Made by a program: the position numbers and the translations under genes. Shown here in pieces: positions 34,925 to 37,441 of a DNA stretch of 37,441 nt (position 1 is the stretch's first letter; each line of letters starts with the position of its first letter). Location of the stretch: NCBI GenBank assembly GCA_964619475.1, contig CAZUEQ010000002.1, positions 1 through 37,441 of the forward strand, written 5' to 3'. The DNA is from an uncultured Gammaproteobacteria bacterium (lineage in GTDB: Bacteria > Patescibacteriota > Microgenomatia > UBA1406 > GWC2-37-13). Below the pieces are notes generated by a model. The model ran no database searches and was not told the origin of the DNA. It saw only the letters and a list, made by a program, of their open reading frames with translations.

Positions 34925-36931
34925 ATGCAACTGCCTTTTTTGTCCAAAACAAAATCAAACGGTGAAATATACTGTGGGATTCTCCTGAAAGAGGCTCATG
35001 GAACGTGCTTCTTGTATCAACAGAATGCAGACTCACTTACTCTCCTCAAACAAAAACAATTTCAGTATTCCGATGGGTGGGAGCATGTGGTTGATGACGT
35101 AGATGAAGCCCTCTCTCTTCTTGAACAGGAAGCGGGGCAAGGAACAACAAAAAAGTGCATCTACTTTATTTTTTCTCACCTTATCGACCAGCAAACGAAG
35201 GAAATAGCAAAGCCGTATATTACGAAAATGAAAGATATCGCAGTATCTCTGGAGATGAAACCGGTCGGATATTTGGAAGTCGTTGATGCGGTGCATGAAT
35301 ATATTGAAAAACAGAAGCAGATCCGTCTTTCCAGTCTTGTAGTTGAAGTTGACGATACAAAAATTACTCTCTTCGTTTTCATCGGCGGACATAAAGTGGA
35401 AACGCATAGTATTTCGCGAACGGCAGTGTTTTGCGATGACGTGGAAGCGGCTCTCCGGGAGGTTGAATTGCATGTACTTCCGACACATATTTATATGTAT
35501 AACTCTACAGACCTTGCTGAAGAGTCTTCCGACTTACTCATGCATGGGTGGAAAAAAGAACTATTTGCACAGCAGCCGCGGATTGATATTCTGACGAAGT
35601 CGATGGTAGATACTGCATTGCATCAACTTTTGGAAAAACAGTTGTGTGGTCAGGTTGTTTCGGCAACGATAGAAGATACGCCCAAGAAAGAAGATGTGTT
35701 GGGTTTTGTAGTCGGAAAAGATGTTTCTGAACAGCCAGTTGTTGTCACCCATTCTCCGGTTTTGCCAAAACAAACAGAAAAGAAGCCTTTGTTTGTACTT
35801 CCCCGCGCCCCCTCCATTCGTTTGCCCTATATCGGCATTGGAATTGGAGTCTTTGTGATCGCGCTTGCTCTTGCGGGATTTCTTTACTTTTTTCACTCTG
35901 CAGCGATAGCGCTCACTCTTCCTAAAGTATCCAAACAGACACTGACCTCTGTAATTGCCTCAGAAACGACAACAGACGACACTACGGCAAAGCTTGACTT
36001 AACAACAAAGACCTTCACTTATAAAGAAAAAAAAGATACAACGGGAAAACGGGATGTGGGTGAAAAATCATCCGGCGAGGTAACCATATACAGCTATGAT
36101 GATAAGGAACGAGGGATTGGCAAAGGAACAAAATTGCAAACTGGTTCGGTTATTTTTGAGACTGAAGACCAGGTCCAAGTGCCCGCTTCCCAGTTTGCAT
36201 CGGACGGGATTACGAAAAACCCCGGAAAAGCAAAGGTGAGTATTCAAGCAATCGCAATAGGACCAGATGGTAATATTGACAAAAATAGCAGGTTTACTGT
36301 TGCTGATAACGCATCAAGCGTGTTGTTTGGAATAAATGAGTCAGCTTTTTCAGGAGGAACAAAAAAGACGATTCGCACGGTTGCAGCAGCCGATCGTGAA
36401 GCACTTCGTACATTGCTTATTGAAAAAGCAAAAAAAGACGGGTTAGGTGAAAAATCCGACAAAAATCGCCTTGTTGTCTCGGAGCTTTCGAAGGTAGTGC
36501 TTTCAAAGGAAATTTTTTCCGCAGAAGTAGGGGAGGAGGCAAACTCTTTGACTCTTTCGGCAAATGCTGATGCAACCACTTATTCCATCGCGACAAGTTC
36601 AATTGAAGCTCTTATCCGTCAGGACTTGGAAAAGGAAAGACCAGACGGATATCAGACCGATAATGTAATGTTTGCTGTCAAAAGCCAAAAAAAATCTGGG
36701 GATAACAATATTACCTTATCCGTTGAAGGGAAGGCAGACTTTGTAAAAATAGTAGATGAGAAGAAAATAGCTGAGCAGGTAACAAATGTTTCAGTTGAGG
36801 AAGCGCAAAAACGGATAGAACAGAATTTTGGAATCGATAAGGTAACAATTCAGGTAACTCCCCATATTCTTTTGTTACAATCTCGTATGCCTTTTTGGAC
36901 GAAGGCAGTTCATATCCAAATAACAAAGTAA
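34925..36931 (+). CDS. Large bitopic membrane protein of unknown function: cytoplasmic N-domain, one TM, extracytoplasmic C-domain
   Basis: 668 aa with a single TM at about residues 301-324 (PYIGIGIGVFVIALALAGFLYFF, nt about 35825-35896). The C-terminal part (GEKSSGEVTIYSYDDKERGIGKGTKLQTGSVIFETEDQVQVPA...KAKVSIQAIAIGPDGNID) recalls proteins annotated as baseplate-J-like in CPR genomes. That is my recollection and is unverified. Confidence 0.6.
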   Translation: MQLPFLSKTKSNGEIYCGILLKEAHGTCFLYQQNADSLTLLKQKQFQYSDGWEHVVDDVDEALSLLEQEAGQGTTKKCIYFIFSHLIDQQTKEIAKPYITKMKDIAVSLEMKPVGYLEVVDAVHEYIEKQKQIRLSSLVVEVDDTKITLFVFIGGHKVETHSISRTAVFCDDVEAALREVELHVLPTHIYMYNSTDLAEESSDLLMHGWKKELFAQQPRIDILTKSMVDTALHQLLEKQLCGQVVSATIEDTPKKEDVLGFVVGKDVSEQPVVVTHSPVLPKQTEKKPLFVLPRAPSIRLPYIGIGIGVFVIALALAGFLYFFHSAAIALTLPKVSKQTLTSVIASETTTDDTTAKLDLTTKTFTYKEKKDTTGKRDVGEKSSGEVTIYSYDDKERGIGKGTKLQTGSVIFETEDQVQVPASQFASDGITKNPGKAKVSIQAIAIGPDGNIDKNSRFTVADNASSVLFGINESAFSGGTKKTIRTVAAADREALRTLLIEKAKKDGLGEKSDKNRLVVSELSKVVLSKEIFSAEVGEEANSLTLSANADATTYSIATSSIEALIRQDLEKERPDGYQTDNVMFAVKSQKKSGDNNITLSVEGKADFVKIVDEKKIAEQVTNVSVEEAQKRIEQNFGIDKVTIQVTPHILLLQSRMPFWTKAVHIQITK

Positions 36932-36932
36932 T

Positions 36933-37441
36933 ATGGCATTGCATGTATATCTAAAGGAGAACACCTCTCCGAAACGGAAAGCTATCAACTACGTTTCCTA
37001 TGTTTTTTTAGGAATAGGATTCTTACTGTTATTTTGGGCTTTTTATCCCATTCTTTCATTTGAACTGTATTCGCGCTTTATACTTTCCAAAAACATGTAT
37101 TCTCCTCTTCCATCTTCCTCAATTGCATCTTCTATACGTGAAGCGGGAACTGTGCTGGGGAGCTCGAATGCTTTTTCAAGCAATTTACGTGACTTCACTC
37201 AAGCACACTTATGGTTTCCTGGAAAGCAGCAAGACTCTGCAAAGTCCACATTTGCGGTGAATGATTTTTACCTCTCTATCCCGAAGATCAATATTGCTAA
37301 AGCTCATGTAGTGGTCGGAGGAGACGATCTTACAAAGAGTCTTATACACTATCTCCCAAAAACAATGCCGGGTGAATTTGGAAACGTTTCTATTTTTGGC
37401 CACTCAACATTGCCACAACTATATAACGAAAAGGACTATAA
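36933..37441 (+). CDS. Sortase-family transpeptidase, N-terminal part (runs off the right edge)
   Basis: My own translation gives MALHVYLKENTSPKRKAINYVSYVFLGIGFLLLFWAFYPIL...FYLSIPKINIAKAHVVVGGDDLTKSLIHYLPKTMPGEFGNVSIFGHSTLPQLYNEKDY. It shows an N-terminal TM, an IPKI..-type strand and a PGExGNxxIxGH motif carrying the catalytic His. The Cys motif would lie beyond the window. It is absent from the ORF track because it has no stop codon in the window. Confidence 0.65.
   Translation, partial: MALHVYLKENTSPKRKAINYVSYVFLGIGFLLLFWAFYPILSFELYSRFILSKNMYSPLPSSSIASSIREAGTVLGSSNAFSSNLRDFTQAHLWFPGKQQDSAKSTFAVNDFYLSIPKINIAKAHVVVGGDDLTKSLIHYLPKTMPGEFGNVSIFGHSTLPQLYNEKDY

Noticed and set aside
37060-37403. 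66-aa plus-strand ORF (37060-37260) and 64-aa minus-strand ORF (37209-37403)
   Set aside because: Both overlap the open frame that starts at 36933, which has clear sortase-like motifs and continues off the window edge.
1-37441. Alternative genetic code, such as UGA read as Gly as in some CPR lineages
   Set aside because: Several conserved genes (rplC, rplD, rplP, rpsE, rplO, map, rpsT) end at TGA at the expected protein length. All conserved proteins are intact under the standard code.
15553-37441. Search for defence systems, toxin-antitoxin pairs, prophage or transposon genes in the non-ribosomal part
   Set aside because: I saw no nuclease, methylase, integrase, transposase, Cas or toxin-like motifs. 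Every ORF over 60 aa on the coding strand is accounted for by housekeeping, glycan or surface-protein calls. The baseplate-J-like resemblance of the 668-aa protein is not accompanied by any other phage gene.

Overview
The window is compact, AT-rich and almost entirely coding. It looks like a reduced-genome bacterium of the CPR/Patescibacteria type. That placement is an inference from three things: uL30 is absent between rpsE and rplO, many housekeeping proteins are short, and a DUF4012 protein, a sortase and type IV pilus parts are present. The standard genetic code fits, and TGA is used as a stop.

Positions 1-15528 hold the S10-spc-alpha ribosomal protein superoperon followed by rplM-rpsI: rplC' rplD rplW rplB rplV rpsC rplP rpmC rpsQ rplN rplX rplE rpsZ rpsS rpsH rplF rplR rpsE rplO secY rpmG adk map infA rpmJ rpsM rpsK rpsD rpoA rplQ rplM rpsI. 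It has three non-canonical traits. rpsS has moved from the rplB/rplV junction to the rpsZ/rpsH junction. rpmG (L33) sits between secY and adk. adk is fused to a second P-loop kinase-like domain.

A cell-envelope glycan module follows on the same strand with no real gap (15553-22241): a GT2, two GT4s, a sugar-1-P nucleotidyltransferase, a polyprenyl-P sugar phosphotransferase and DUF4012. Next come recO, glyQS, a small membrane protein and rpsT. Overlapping the rpsT stop are a PilN-like and a PilO-like gene, then a small TM protein and three membrane or surface proteins, one with a canonical LPETG sorting signal.

The right third holds tpiA (-), a short UvrD/PcrA helicase, a hexapeptide acetyltransferase, a VanW/G5 protein (-), an orphan membrane-anchored solute-binding protein, and a 668-aa bitopic membrane protein. 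A truncated sortase gene starts 1 nt after that protein's stop.

I see no tRNA or rRNA genes (no gap is long enough), no CRISPR array, no transposase or integrase, and no recognisable defence or toxin system. The most system-like unexplained content is the pilNO, surface-protein, 668-aa protein and sortase set. All its functional links are inference only.
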